Shown: positions 1-12,898 of the stretch, piece by piece
Position numbering within the stretch: the first letter of the stretch is position 1
How the letters are laid out: each line of letters begins with the position of its first letter
Assembly: GCA_002269645.1 (NCBI GenBank)
Contig: NIVC01003337.1
Location: 1 to 64,000, forward strand
Origin: Macrostomum lignano
Taxonomy: Eukaryota
Direction of reading: 5' to 3'
DNA length: 64,000 nt
Notes under the pieces: model-generated
Told to the model about the DNA's origin: nothing
The model's database searches: none
What the model saw: only the letters and a program-made list of their open reading frames with translations
Program-made: the position numbers and the translations under genes

Positions 1-160
1 GTGCCAGCATTAGCTTGGGGTAATTAAGAGTGTGTGACCCCCCAGTCATTGGACTGAACAGCCGTGCACAGCCTTCAGATGTGCCGCGCAATGACTGCGA
101 CTGACGCTGTCAGTTGCACATCTGCCCATTGGGGCAGGCGTAATTAATTATGATTAAAGA
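1..160 (+). mobile_element. 3' part of a tRNA-derived SINE
   Basis: Near-identical to the reverse complement of the 3' half of the TSD-flanked SINE at 28326-28586 (ccccccagtcattggactgaacagccg...ttgcacatctg...ggggcagg). Confidence 0.75.
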
Positions 161-266
161 AGCTTAATGATTTACTATGTCATGAGGTAAATGTCAGTTC
201 ACAGCGAAGACTCACGACTGTCCGCCATTATTGAATGTGTTTGACGGCAATGCGCACTCTGGAGGA

Positions 267-3200
267 TTAAAGAGGCCTTCTGCAGGCCGAACCTTCGCAC
301 CACCGCCTCAAAGGCTGTCTGCAGCGCCGCCTCCGAGGCCTCGTTGCCGAGCAGTTTGGCGAAGTCGCCAAGCGAGCCGCCTGGCAGAGCGCCGGTGAAG
401 TTCCGATGGCAGAATGGCTGCGGCACCACCGTGTCTTCAGCAGCTTGACTGTGAAGTCGCAATCTCCTTCAGTGAAGCACACGGACAGGTCGAAATCTAG
501 CTTCACGTAGTCCTTGCCAACTCGATCCACGGAGTAGCTGAAAAACAAATTACGGTCAGACGTATTTCGCTCTGAGAAAAGACAATGTCAATTTTTACTT
601 TTCAGCAAAGTAAAACTTGATTTACTGAATTAAATGATAAAACAAACCAACTGAAACTTGGTTCAATTAAAGCATCGAACTGAATTAGTTACTAAAGGAG
701 AACACATTAAGGGGTTGTAGCCTGGTGGTTAGAGCGTCGAACTACGAATTAAAAGTCAGGGGTTCGATTAGAATCCCACTGGAACAATTTGTGTCCTTGA
801 GCAAGACAACTCTGCATTGATTCAGTTCACTCAGCTGTAAAATGGGTACCGGCATTACCTGAGGTGGTAACTGAGGGTGTGTGTGGCGACCCCAAGTTCT
901 TGGACCAAAAGAAAGGCATTACTTGCCCTCCCCTGAGCAGGGCGTGCGGATACGTACGAGCTACGCAGTCAAACGCACAGGCACACACTCACACGGGAGT
1001 TTACAGCAGCCCTAAATTTATTTATCGTTAAGCATGCATAACTTCACTGTGCCTTGGTGTTTGGCTCTCAAGGGCGTTAATTGCAGGATCAGACCCGAGC
1101 TGAGATTCCAATTTAGCCTTATTAGGTGGTAATTGAGGGTGTCTGTGGCGACCCCCAGTTCTTGGACCAAAGCAGCTGTACGCAGCCTTTAGATGCGCCG
1201 CGCAATAGCTGCGGCTGAGCTGTCGGTTGCACATCTCCATTAGGGCAGGCGCAGTCAATTAATATTACTATTTACATCAAATCTCAATTTGACTCACTCC
1301 AATCGAACGGCCTTGTTGCCAATCCACTGGGACTTTTTCTGGCCCCAATGAGCTTCCAACAGGGATGTTTGAAGTGCAGCGCACCAATGCCAATCGAGCT
1401 GGTGTACTCGCACGTGTCCAGCAGAATCCAGGCCTTGGCGTGGTAGTTGAGAAAGCTGAGATCGAGTTTGCTAGTTTTGAAGGCAAAGTCCAGACAGCAC
1501 TCGAGGCCCATGCAGTTGTCTGCAACTCGGCACTGCAAATTGGACGGCAGCTGGGCAGGCGCACGTGCGACAGGCGGTGAAATTGCTCTGTCTGGCGCAC
1601 CGGCCCTTGGAGATGATCCTGTTCAGTCCCGTCCTGGTGAGCAGATCTCCGCCGCCTTATCCAGCGCCGCCTGGCTGGCCGAAGTTCCGAGCTCGCGGAG
1701 AAATCTCGAGCTTGTCGGTGTTGCCCGGCAGGATTCGGTGCCAGTCGTTGCCGCAGAAAGGCACCGGCACGGGCACGCGATTGAGCACACTGATGTAGTC
1801 CAGTAGGCATGAAGACGAACCCGGGCAGATCGCCAGCTCCAGGCTGAACAGCGGCGCCTCATTGCTGGTTGGATTCTCGTTAAATCGGTACCTGGGATTC
1901 GGAATGCGAGTTCAGAGCAATAGTATATGAGTCGATGCAAGAACTCAATAACCTGCTAAACGAAGATGTAAGCTCGAATATTAACTCACTTAAGCTTCAG
2001 GGCTCCAACATTTTGTAGAAATTCCTTGCCGTATGGAATCGCAAACAGAACCTTGTTGAATGTCAGCGAGTTGAAACCGAAGCTGAATGTTAAAGTACAC
2101 GCGTCCATTTTTGCCCATCCTGTAATATTCGTCGGTAATTAGTCAGAAGGGACTATTCTTTCAGAAATACTATTGAAAATTAGCACTCACCTTTCAAGTA
2201 CTTTGCAATCTCAAAACCTCTGATGGAAGCCTCCAGTCCCATGCAGCACTCGAACTTGGTGCAGTTCGGGGACACCTGGCAAAAGACGCGACTTCTCAGT
2301 GCACCAGGAATTTGCGGCAACTCCAGTTGCAGCGGCCCGTTGCGACACTTGCGGAAGTGCAGTTCCGCCAGTTGCACCAGCACCGTTTTATTGCTAGGGT
2401 CGGAAATCTGCACCCCACGCTCCGTCAGCCCCTCTAGCAGCACCTCGTTGGAGACCTTGTTCGGCAGGGTGCAGGCCTTGGCATTGAAGACGTCGGCAAA
2501 GTCCCCAGACCCATCGTCTGCAGCAACTCTTCCCACCACTTCTGCATCATGGCGTTGATGACCGACGTAGAAGTCTTTTGAAGCAGGGACTTCAGGTGGT
2601 TCTTGTTCAGCATCTGCTGCCAGTTCATCTTCGGCCAGGTGACCAAGCCATCTTTGCAGATTGGCAGCGGCAGGACGAGCTCCTGGAGTACCTGGATGTC
2701 CACCTCGCAGCTCGAGCTGGATGAGCACGCGGACAGGCGAAGGCTGAACATTAGGGCTTCCTCCGACTTGGCGAACTGGTACGACAGCCGCAGCTTCATT
2801 TTCAGCACTTTAAGGAACTGCAGAGCGTCTGGCAGCCAGATTTCTTTCTCTTCGAAATCTGAAGTAAGATTGGCGAAAATCTTTGTTTAGGAAAAGCTAA
2901 TCATTGATAGAGTACTGCTAGTTATTTTTATGTATCGGGAAACTAACAAGGTTACCTTCAGGAAAAAATCTGTTGAAATCGATTGTGTACACTATGGTCT
3001 TCACGTGCTTCATCTTGAGCCCGAACTCCAGCTTCTTGCTGCTGCCGCACGGGTCCAGCCTGGCCCAGAGTTTTGCCGCTTTGCGGAACACCTTCACCTT
3101 GAGGTCAATGCAGCACTCCACCGAGAGGCAGCTCTTGTCGAACTGACAGTAAACTGGTCTCGGCAGCGACAGCTGCAGAAGCGGACAGCCTGTGATGTTA

Positions 3201-6200
3201 TTAAAATGAGATGAAGTATGAGCTACCGTCTGTATTTCCTAAAATATTGAATTCTAGAGCAAGCTTACTCACGGGAATCACTCTGCTTCATCCTATCGAT
3301 AAGACTGGCCTTTGGCATGACTTCCACCTCCGATTTGCCAAAGCCTTTCTTAACGAGCTCGTTACGCAGCTCTTCCTCAGACATCAGGTAGGGGCTCTGG
3401 CACGGCTGATCTTCCAGTACATCCTTGATCGTCAGCAGTAGTTTATCCATTTTCTCCCTGGTCTTTTCGAAATGATTTTGAATCGCCGGAGCCTCTAGAA
3501 AGGCAACGACGTAGGCGAGTCTCAGGCGGCGCAAGCTGAACCTATCAAAGATTTTGTCGACGCCCAGCTTTTTTGGAAAGTCGAGAATGCTGGTTACCGC
3601 TTTGCCCACGTTGCCGAGAATGGAGCTGCGCGGCAGGCGAACTGAGTCAGCTTCCACGTTGGAAAAGAGATCGACTTCGTCAGTTTCAAGCGGCTCCACG
3701 GATTCCTCGGTTGCTTCTCTTTCAGGGCTGGTGTCCTCATCCTTCCGGCCTTTTAATCCCACGATCGCCCCTTCGGCGATCACGTTACCAAGTATCACCA
3801 GCTTGTAGTCGTCGCATTTCTGCTCCCACTTTGGCATTTTCATCACTCGAGGCTCAAGGTACTTGCTGGAATCCAGGTAGCGACCAGGGCCAGCCCTGGC
3901 GGATAGGTGAATGTGGTTTTCGCACTTGGGTGTCGAGCCAGTCACGCCGAGCTTGTCCCCAGCGCTCAGCTCCAAGCCCTCAGTTGGCTGGCTGTTTCCT
4001 TGCTCCATATCGAAGACTGGCAAGTCGCTGGCTTCAAATCGACCGTCATCCATCTCGAACTTCACGTTCTCCAAGATAAAGTGAAACTTTTCCATGCTGA
4101 ATCCTTTCGGAACAATCACGAGCTGGTTAGAACCCTCGGGACCTCGGTAGTACTCGCCTTTAAACGGCACAACGACCTTTTCGCCAGGTTCCACGGCCAG
4201 ATCCACGCCAGGATGATTCCACAGTTTGTCAGCGTCTGATGGATAGAAGCCATCGGATTTGCAACCTTTCCCGGCGAGCCGGTAAGTCCTTTGAAACTCG
4301 GAGTGCGCCCTCGGACCCATGATGGCTTCCGCTATGCTCCTGATCCTCTTCCAGCTCTCCTTGGCTCCTTGGTAGGCCTCCTTGAAGCCGCGAATAATCT
4401 GCAGAATTCCTTGGATCTGGTTTTCAAGTGGGCCGAAGGCTCCACGGAAGCCGCTCAACGGTTCCATCAACAGGTCCTGGACATCCTTTAGGAGGCCCAC
4501 TAGCTTCATTGTTTCCTGAATGAAAAATTTTGTTTTTTAAACCAAATTTCACTGACATGTATAGACCTCAGTAATTTATTCATTACTGAAAATGTAGACG
4601 ATCAAATGAACGATGTGGGTACTGTCGGTCGTACCGGTAAATTACTTTGAAAACAAAGTTACCAACAGCAACAACAACACAATCAAAACACGCTGTTAGT
4701 TAGTTTTTAAAGACTCAGAAGCATCACAGGCAGTGGAGCGAAAGGCTTGAGCTTTTTGTAGAAAAATAAAACGAACTTGAGGTTGCACTTAAATATACTG
4801 CATTTGACAAGCAGAAATTCTCAGAGTCATTCTTTGCTAATGCATTTAGCGACTGAATTTTCTGTGAGCTACAAGGCTCGGTACTAAACTATAAGATAGT
4901 CGTAGACATTTTAGCTGTAAACTTTTGACTATGCCAACCGGAGCTTCTACTTTCCCCACTTCGCAACTGATAAGAATTCTGTTCTATATTAGGAATTCAG
5001 ATTTTCTTGGAAAAGCAGCAAATTCTGCACCAGGCGCAGATCGCTGAAATAGCTATAAGCGAGGCAGATAACAAGCCTGGTCCAGGGCTTCTATAGCGGA
5101 AATTTGATCGTGAAAAGTGGCAGGTAAACAGAAAACAGGTGTCTCACTGAGTCCGACATTGCGCTAAACGGTCTCGTGCCGTTCTGTTGCGAGCCCTCCA
5201 GCGCTAAGACGGCCCGACGGCCTCTCTCCATGTGGCGCAGGGCCTCGGCGAATTCCGCCTTCAAGTTGCGATAGTGATCGGTCAGGTTCCACCAGTAGGG
5301 CTTCTCCTCTGAAACAAGCATTGTGAAGTATTCGTTAAGAAATGTTTTTTATGTTTTAGGTGCGACTTCTATAGATATAGCAGAACAAATTGCTCACCTT
5401 TCAAAAAGAAACACGCCTCAAGAGTTCGATTTTTGGCGTCGAGAAACCCGTTCACCCCCATTCCGATTTGGAAGAACGACTTGAATGCGTTCATGATGGC
5501 CTCCTTCGGGGAGCGGAAAATCCTTGGGAATATTTTCACCAGCAGATCCAAACCCTCCTTAGTTTGCTTTGCAGACATCGGGATTTGGTTCTCGATCGCG
5601 TCGTGTAGGGTCTAATTATTGGAATTCGGATCAGAAGCTTATCACACTTTAAACTATACATTTGAAAGTCGAATAACTGATTTCACTCAAAGTGCTATAA
5701 ACTCACGTAATAGAATCCTGTAACATCGGCTTTGATATCGTTAGCCAGAGTGGCCATCTTCTTCAGTACCGCGAACAGCGGCCTCACGTGAGACGGCAAC
5801 TCAAGCGGGTCGACCTCGGCCAGGATATCCACCGCTTGTACAATCGATTTGGCGAGATCTGACACCACGTATGGCAGCCTTCGAAACTCCTTGCGCAAGT
5901 TTTTAGTTATGCTAAACACCTGGTTGGGATTTGAAGGTTCAAAGAGCTTTCGAAATCCGTTAATTGCGTCCTTGACACCTTTGTAGAGCGCTCCAATCGT
6001 CCGGTCGTAAAGCTTCACCAAATCCTGCACGCTGTTGACTCCGAACTCCTTCAGAATGCTGATCTTGTACTCAACACCGCCTCGAAAGCAGACTCTGGCC
6101 AGAAAGAAGTCAATGTGAATGCCAATTACGCCCAGATGTCCTCTAGCGAAAACCTCGTCGTGCACGTTTACCGTAAGCTGACCCTCGATCAAGGCTGCAT

Positions 6201-9200
6201 TTTTAAGGGCGTGTTTGGAATAAGTAGCATCTGATTGTTTCTATTATATACAGTATATAAGAATCAGCAAGGGTCAGCGTACCCAGCTTCACAATGAGCT
6301 CATTCAAGGCGGTCATTCCGAACGAGCCGCCGATTTTAGTGCTGCCGATCATCTTTTGCCAGTTGACGCCTGGAGCCGCCAGCTTCACATGGATTCCCTT
6401 CCACATTTTCTCGAGCACGCCTTGCACGCTGCGCTTGGAGATATTGTGCGACATCAGCAGAGTTCCGTTATCAATTCTACAACACGGAGCGCGAATATAT
6501 AGCAAAATAAATTATTCTTGATTTAAACAAATTACATATAGGGTTAAAGAACTCGTTTTGAACGCACCCTTCAACAAATTCGCGATGCATGGTGACAATA
6601 TCCTTAGTTTTTGACGGATGAGCCTCGTACATCAGGCTGGCCTCGTATCGAACGTGCTCGTCAGAGTCAGTTAGTGCGGCAGTGAGGATTGTTGACGCTG
6701 CCTGAAAACAGGATGCAAAAAACAAAAATAAAAGTCCCGCTTGAGGAGAGCAATCAGACTGTTTACTACAAAGACAAACCTCAATGGTCTCGAATTTGCG
6801 CATAGAATGCAGTCCAGAACGCTTCCACAGAGTGGGTGCCGACGACTCGTTAGAGTAGGACTGGATGACCTCAAATGAACTCTCAAAAGCGGCATTTCCT
6901 AAACTGTCAATCAGCGAAGACTTCAAGAATATGAACCTTTCGAATGTTGCATCGTCCATGACGTCCCTCTTTGACCGGTGATGGTACGGATCTGAAAGCG
7001 AGGCTTTTAAATTGTCAATTTTGAAGCTCTTTATGAAAGCAATTTCTGATATTTTTACTCACCGAAGACTTCGGTCAACTTTTCCAGCTGGCTAACTATG
7101 CTCTGAGCCATGGCCTTCTGCTGCTGGTTGCCGTAGCTTTGCATCAGGCGACAGACGGTGCCGAGGGCAAGCACGCAGCGGTGGTAAGTGTCCGGGTCGT
7201 TGATATCGGGCTGACCCTCGGGATTGAACACAAACGTGACCAGAGTATTCACCAGGGCCTAAAACCATTTTTAAACAGCATCATTTTTATCATGGCACCC
7301 GGATGTTGGTACTCTTTGAGTCATGAACGACTTAAGTAGAAGGTAATAACAATATCTGGTAATAATAAATCACAACACGAAACTAAAAAACAAATGTAAT
7401 TGTGAACTCTGCACTCTGCAATATTATGCTCTTCCAATTTTTTCCTACGAACAATACTTGGCTCATGTGCAATTCGAAAATCCAGAAGGAGAAATATTGC
7501 GAAGTTTAATGCTAAAATTGAAAATTTTGCTTTTTGATAACGCATTTTGCAACACGAGTCACGAGTTCAAAGCCCTACTTAAGCGGACTACCGTATTCTA
7601 CGATTTCGATACGGCATTCCAAATTCTTCAGCTCACGTTTGCTGGGGCGTTCTTTCTTGTAGCCAGAAACACGAGCACCCTCTGGACGAGCTCCGGATGT
7701 CTGCTCCTGGACTTGAGAACCAGTTTATTGATGATCAAGTCAGATGCAACGGAGCCAACACTGCAGACTGCATCCAGCATGGCCAGGAACCTCTTCTTCT
7801 CCAGGTCCTTTGTGCTGAAATGTAGGTAGATCAAGCAGCAAGTTACATGTGTGCTCGCTGCGGTTGATCTCAAAAGCAACAGCAGGTATCCCAATAAAAG
7901 CGCGAGCTTACATATTGCCATACGGCCGGTCCAAGTACATGGAAGCAATTTCATTCAGCTCTCGCTGAGACAGTCCTTGCAATATTTGAACCAAGTTGTG
8001 GTAGCAGTCGATAGCGTCGGATTTGGCTAAAATTTAGTGGCGTAAGACAAAAATAAAGTCAAGCAAAAGCTTTTCAACTTGACAAATAATTTAGCTAAGC
8101 AAACTCACATTCCGCAGTGTCGGTGGCTATACAGGTGAGGTTGGAGTCGATGCCGCGCCGAACGTCTCGTAAATCGTAGTCGGACTGGAACACCTCATGC
8201 AGCTGAAACACGGATAGTGAGTTGGCATGTACTGCGATGCTCAAAACGCTAACTGGCAACTCCATGAGCTCACCCTGGTCTGGTTAATATTCTCAGACGC
8301 CAGCTTTGCTGGTCTCTGTTTGATCGGTGAAGCGTCTCGAACTTCAGATAGCGTGAACTCCGATTTTGCCGTGGTGGTCACCCTGGACACACTTGTCGGA
8401 TCTTCGTGCTCCCTGTCCATCACCACCCGTGGGCCCTTCCTGACCTTGACGCCCGAATCGAAGCTGAAATATTGAGATTAGAAAAACGTTCCTTATTTTA
8501 GAGTACCTGTTTACATGTATGAGGATGCTCATGAGGCAGATAGACGCTTCGCTGAACTCACCCTTCAGGTTGATCATTAAAGAAGTGGATCTCATCGTGT
8601 ATGAAAGTTCTGTCAGGCAGACGTGTGACGTGATTGTAGTGCATGGTCTGGAATAATTAGAGAATGACAGTAGCCTTTATAGCAGGAGGGCATTCGGGCC
8701 GACTGGAAGATCGTCCAGCCTCCAGTCGCACGCCAAAAATGGCGCCCAACTGCAATACGCTTCTCCAAAATGCAAAAGCGCATTTCCAATCTTGATGATG
8801 GAAAGAAGCTCCATTCTAGCCGCATCTTTTACAGGCATATGCATACCTTCCAAGCCATAGGGTACCAAAAGACGGGGGTAGCTACAAGAGACAGGGAAAT
8901 CAAGAGGCAGGGTCGACTTAAAAGACAGGGGCGCCCACCAAGAGACAGGAGCACCCACCTAAGAGACAAATTCAGCCACCAAGAGACAGTAGCACCCACC
9001 TAAGAGACAAATTCAGCCACCAAGAGACAGGAGCACCCACCTAAGAGACAAATTCAGCCACCAAGAGACAGGAGCACCCACCTAAGAGACAAATTCAGCC
9101 ACCAAGAGACAGTGTCAGCCACCAAGAGACAGGAGCACCCACCTAAGAGACAAATTCAGCCACCAAGAGACAAATTCAGCCACCAAGAGACAAATTCAGC

Positions 9201-11651
9201 CACCAAGAGACAGTAGCACCCACCTAAGAGACAGTGTCAGCCACCAAGAGACAGTAGCACCCACCTAAGAGACAAATTCAGCCACCAAGAGACAGTAGCA
9301 CCCACCTAAGAGACAGTGTCAGCCACCAAGAGACAGTAGCACCCACCTAAGAGACAGTGTCAGCCACCAAGAGACAGTAGCACCCACCTAAGAGACAGTG
9401 TCAGCCACCAAGAGACAGTAGCACCCACCTAAGAGACAGTGTCAGCCACCAAGAGACAGTAGCACCCACCTAAGAGACAGTGTCAGCCACCAAGAGACAG
9501 TAGCACCCACCTAAGAGACAGTGTCAGCCACCAAGAGACAGTAGCACCCACCTAAGAGACAAATTCAGCCACCAAGAGACAGGGGCACCCACCTAAGAGA
9601 CAGTGTCAGCCACCAAGAAACAGGGGCACCCATCTAAGAGACAGGGTCGCCCACCAAAAGACAGTTGCTCCAATCAAGAGACAGGGGTGCCACTCAAGAC
9701 ACCCCAAGAGTTTCGCCTTCTCCTCCAGTACAAATCGTGTGTACGCCTGTGCTGCAAAGAATTGTCATAAAAGTGTGAAAGCTTACATGGGTGACATTTC
9801 TGTGCACGTTGTTCCCATGAACTCCGCGTCTGGTCTTTGAAATCTCGGTGTGATACCGACCGATGGTGCGATTCTTGGTGCTCCACTCGTGAGTGTTGTG
9901 GAACTTGTACTCCTGAATTGGGTTTACATAAAGCAGCTTTGAAGTGTTATTCAATGAAATTTTGGCGGTGAGAGGAAATATATGCATGGAAACTGAAATT
10001 TTCGGGCCTACGTCATCGTGTCCAAGAAGCGCTGTGACCATGGCCTTCTTCACAGTGGCCAAGAACGCAGTCTCGTCATGCGGATACCGGACATGGCTGA
10101 CCCGGCCGGCTGGGTCCAGGTGGAAGCTGAACCAGCCATCCAGCTTGACGTCGCTGCCCTGACCCGCAGTCTGGCCTCGGCCGTTCCTGGCGTGCAGCTT
10201 TGTCAACGTCAGGGCCAGGTGCTGAGATCCATCCGGCTCCTTGCCTTGCAGCTGGATGGAAAACTGAAAACCGGGGATCGATGTTAGGGTTGAAACAGCT
10301 GAGGCAATGACATTCAAGAAAATGAGATAAAAGCAGCAAAGTTGCGAGTTCATTGATTCAGCCATATCGATGCTGGAACATTTCTGATCGGAGCAAAGAC
10401 TCGGCTATAAACCAACCCCGAAACTCGGCCATCAACCAACCCCGAAACTCGGCCATCAATCAACCTCAAGACTCGGCCATCAACCAACCCCAAGACTCGG
10501 CCATAAACCAACCCCAAGACTCGGCCATAAACCAACCCCGAGACTCGGCCATAAACCAACCCCGAGATTCGGCCGTAAACCAACCCCGAGATTTGGCCAT
10601 AAACCAACCCCGAGCTTCGGGCATAAACCAACCCCGAGCTTTGGCCATAAACCAACCCCGAGCTTCGGCCATAAACCAACCCCGAGCTTCGGCCATAAAC
10701 CAACCCCGAGCTTTGGCCATAAACCAAGCCCGAGCTTCGGCCATGAACCAAACCCGAGACTCGGCCACAAACCAACCCCGAGCTTCGGCCATAAACCAAG
10801 CCCGAGACTCGGTCATAAACCAACCCCGAGCTTCGGCCATAAACCAAGCCCGAGCTTCGGCCATGAACCAAACCCGAGACTCGGCCACAAACCAAACCCG
10901 AGACTCGGCCATAAACCAAACCCGAGACTCGGCCATAAACCAACCCCGAGCCCAATCCCGAGCTTCGGGCATAAATCAACCCCGAGCTTCGGCCATAAAC
11001 CAACCCCGAGATTTGGCCATAAACCAAGCCCGAGACTCGGTCATAAACCAACCCCGAGCTTCGGCCATAAACCAAGCCCGAGCTTCGGCCATGAACCAAA
11101 CCCGAGACTCGGCCACAAACCAACCTCGAGCTTCGGCCATAAACCAAGCCCGAGACTCGGTCATAAACCAACCCCGAGCTTCGGCCATAAACCAAGCCCG
11201 AGCTTCGGCCATGAACCAAACCCGAGACTCGGCCACAAACCAACCTTAAGATATTAAATTTTTTTTAACTGCAATTGATCAAAATTTCTTAACTTTCTCT
11301 TTAATCTTAATAAATTTAAATCAATATAGTCAATGGGTGATAAAAATTAAGCTACATGCATTATTACCTGTCTAGGTAAATATTAACGGTAATAAAAGCA
11401 GTTAGGTTGATTTTTAAAACTCCTACAGGTGCATACACGTCACTAAGCGATTGTACAATTGTTTCTACCTGGCCTGTGACGAACAGGTCACCGATGTCCT
11501 TGGTTTTCGTGTGCGTCTCCACATCGTACACGTACTGCTTGCCCTCCTTGAAGGAGAACACGGACTCTGCCGGCTTCACAGCTGCCGCAGCGAGCAGCAG
11601 CAGAAGCGGCAGGCCCAGCAGGCTGATGCCGCCACCTCTGCTGGATGGCAT
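267..11651 (-). CDS. Very large secreted vitellogenin/large-lipid-transfer-like protein with internal LECT2/M23 peptidase-like domain and repeated Cys-rich modules. Multi-exon, 3' end probably beyond the window start.
   Basis: ATG at 11651 with a signal peptide (LLGLPLLLLLAAAAV) followed by FKEGKQYVYDVETHT, a vitellogenin-N-like start. Exons joined at GT-AG junctions: 11469-11651, ~10012-10251, 9787-9912, several short exons at ~7920-8650, 7637-7814, ~7060-7255, ~6780-6990, ~6570-6705, exons at ~5100-6480, 3273-4515, ~2920-3180, ~2190-2850, ~1290-1930 and ~230-540. M23 motifs HPGVD (4201-4215) and HIH (3907-3915). Modules of the form C-x4-5-C-xx-ECC repeat. Several single-base frameshifts occur below 2900. 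Confidence 0.75.
713..1000 (+). mobile_element. tRNA-derived SINE with a shared core and a different tail
   Basis: A-box-like tagcctggtggtt, B-box-like ggttcgatt..aatccc, core gtgtccttgagcaagac...cagctgtaaaatgggta, then gtgtgtggcgacccc shared with the other copies. Confidence 0.7.
1100..1270 (+). mobile_element. 5'-truncated SINE copy
   Basis: Matches the tail of the 28326-28586 element (gatgcgccgcgcaatagctgcggctgagctgtcggttgcacatct). Confidence 0.7.
8920..9665. repeat. Intronic minisatellite with a ~42-nt composite unit (ccaccaagagacagtagcacccacctaagagacagtgtcag)
   Basis: Visible tandem copies inside an intron of the vitellogenin-like gene. Confidence 0.9.
10400..11245. repeat. Intronic 24-nt minisatellite (ccccgagcttcggccataaaccaa)
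   Basis: About 35 tandem copies in intron 1. They produce repetitive ORFs on both strands. Confidence 0.92.
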
Positions 11652-12898
11652 GGCAATTTGCTGAGTGCGGGTCTTCTGACCTCAGTGATTTAGGCTGATT
11701 ATTTGCAATCGCTTCTGGGCGATTTAGAAATTGAAAAGGCAAAAGTATTTTCTAGAATGCTCTAGAAAGTGAATTCAGAAGAGAGTTTCTCTCCCTTCAA
11801 GCCTCTAAATTAGCCCAGCAAAGCAACGGATCAGATAAATATACTGTCCAAAAGTGAGACTTCTGCCTACGACACTGCATGTACGAAGCCTAGACTATTG
11901 CACTTAATTATCTTGCCCTTCAGCTAGCTAAATTTTATGCTTGATTTTTTTCAAAGCACAGCGGTTTTCAACTTTAATCTTATCTTTGGCTGTTTAGTAG
12001 CACTGTATAGTGATCCTTCGCGAGCTCATGTCATGGTTGGCGAGCTCAAGTCGAGAAAAGTCATGTGTATGGCGCAGCTTGTGATTTCAGCAAGATTAGT
12101 GCAGCTCAAGAGTCGCGAATTTGATAAGCTAACGATTTTAACGAGATCAGGAGAAAATTTCATAAAAAGTACGTGGTAAACGAGTAAAAAAAGTTGTTTT
12201 GATATTTATTCATGCTGACATACAACTATGGTGAATAATATGGTGAAAGACCCTGTTTAAAAAGATTCACATGTACACGTAGCCATAGCTTTGATCGAAA
12301 AACAAGTTTTTCAAATTTTAGCACTGATTGTGCGCATAAAAATTTACATATAGACAGGAAAATTCGTTTATTTGTTGTACGCGTGGTTTACAACGTATGA
12401 ACTGTATATATGCATCCTATGCAGTACAACCATAACCGGATTCCGTAAATATCATGTAGAGATCGGGCAGGACTTACTTCGAAAAGGACAAGCCTTTCAA
12501 TGTCAGTTCTTATAAACCGATAATCTAAATAATACATAATCACACCGGAGATGTAATCCATAGCCCAAATGATAATCCAGAGAGATACATCAGTGTCTTG
12601 GCAAAAAGAGGCGCAACAATTGTAGTAAAAGCAAAAATATATTTAACGAAATTCTCTTAAACAGCAGTTTCTTTTTAGAAAAAAGGTTCATGACTCTCAG
12701 TTGCAATGTGTCGTGAAATTTTGAAAAAGGCGATAATTGAGGAAGTGGCGAGTTTTAATTTCAGTTTTCTAAGAAACCTGAGCTAAACTTGTCGACTGAC
12801 TGACTGACTGACTGACCGAACTTTGACATATCCTTCAACTCATAGTTAGCAACTTAGCTTTGCGTCACCTGATAGCAGTGACCTATTGTCTTTTTAAA

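Noticed and set aside
10350-11249. 297-298-aa ORFs on both strands (PRASAINQ / GLVYGRSS repeats)
   Set aside because: They are translations of a 24-nt minisatellite inside a GT-AG intron, open in many frames only because the unit lacks stops.
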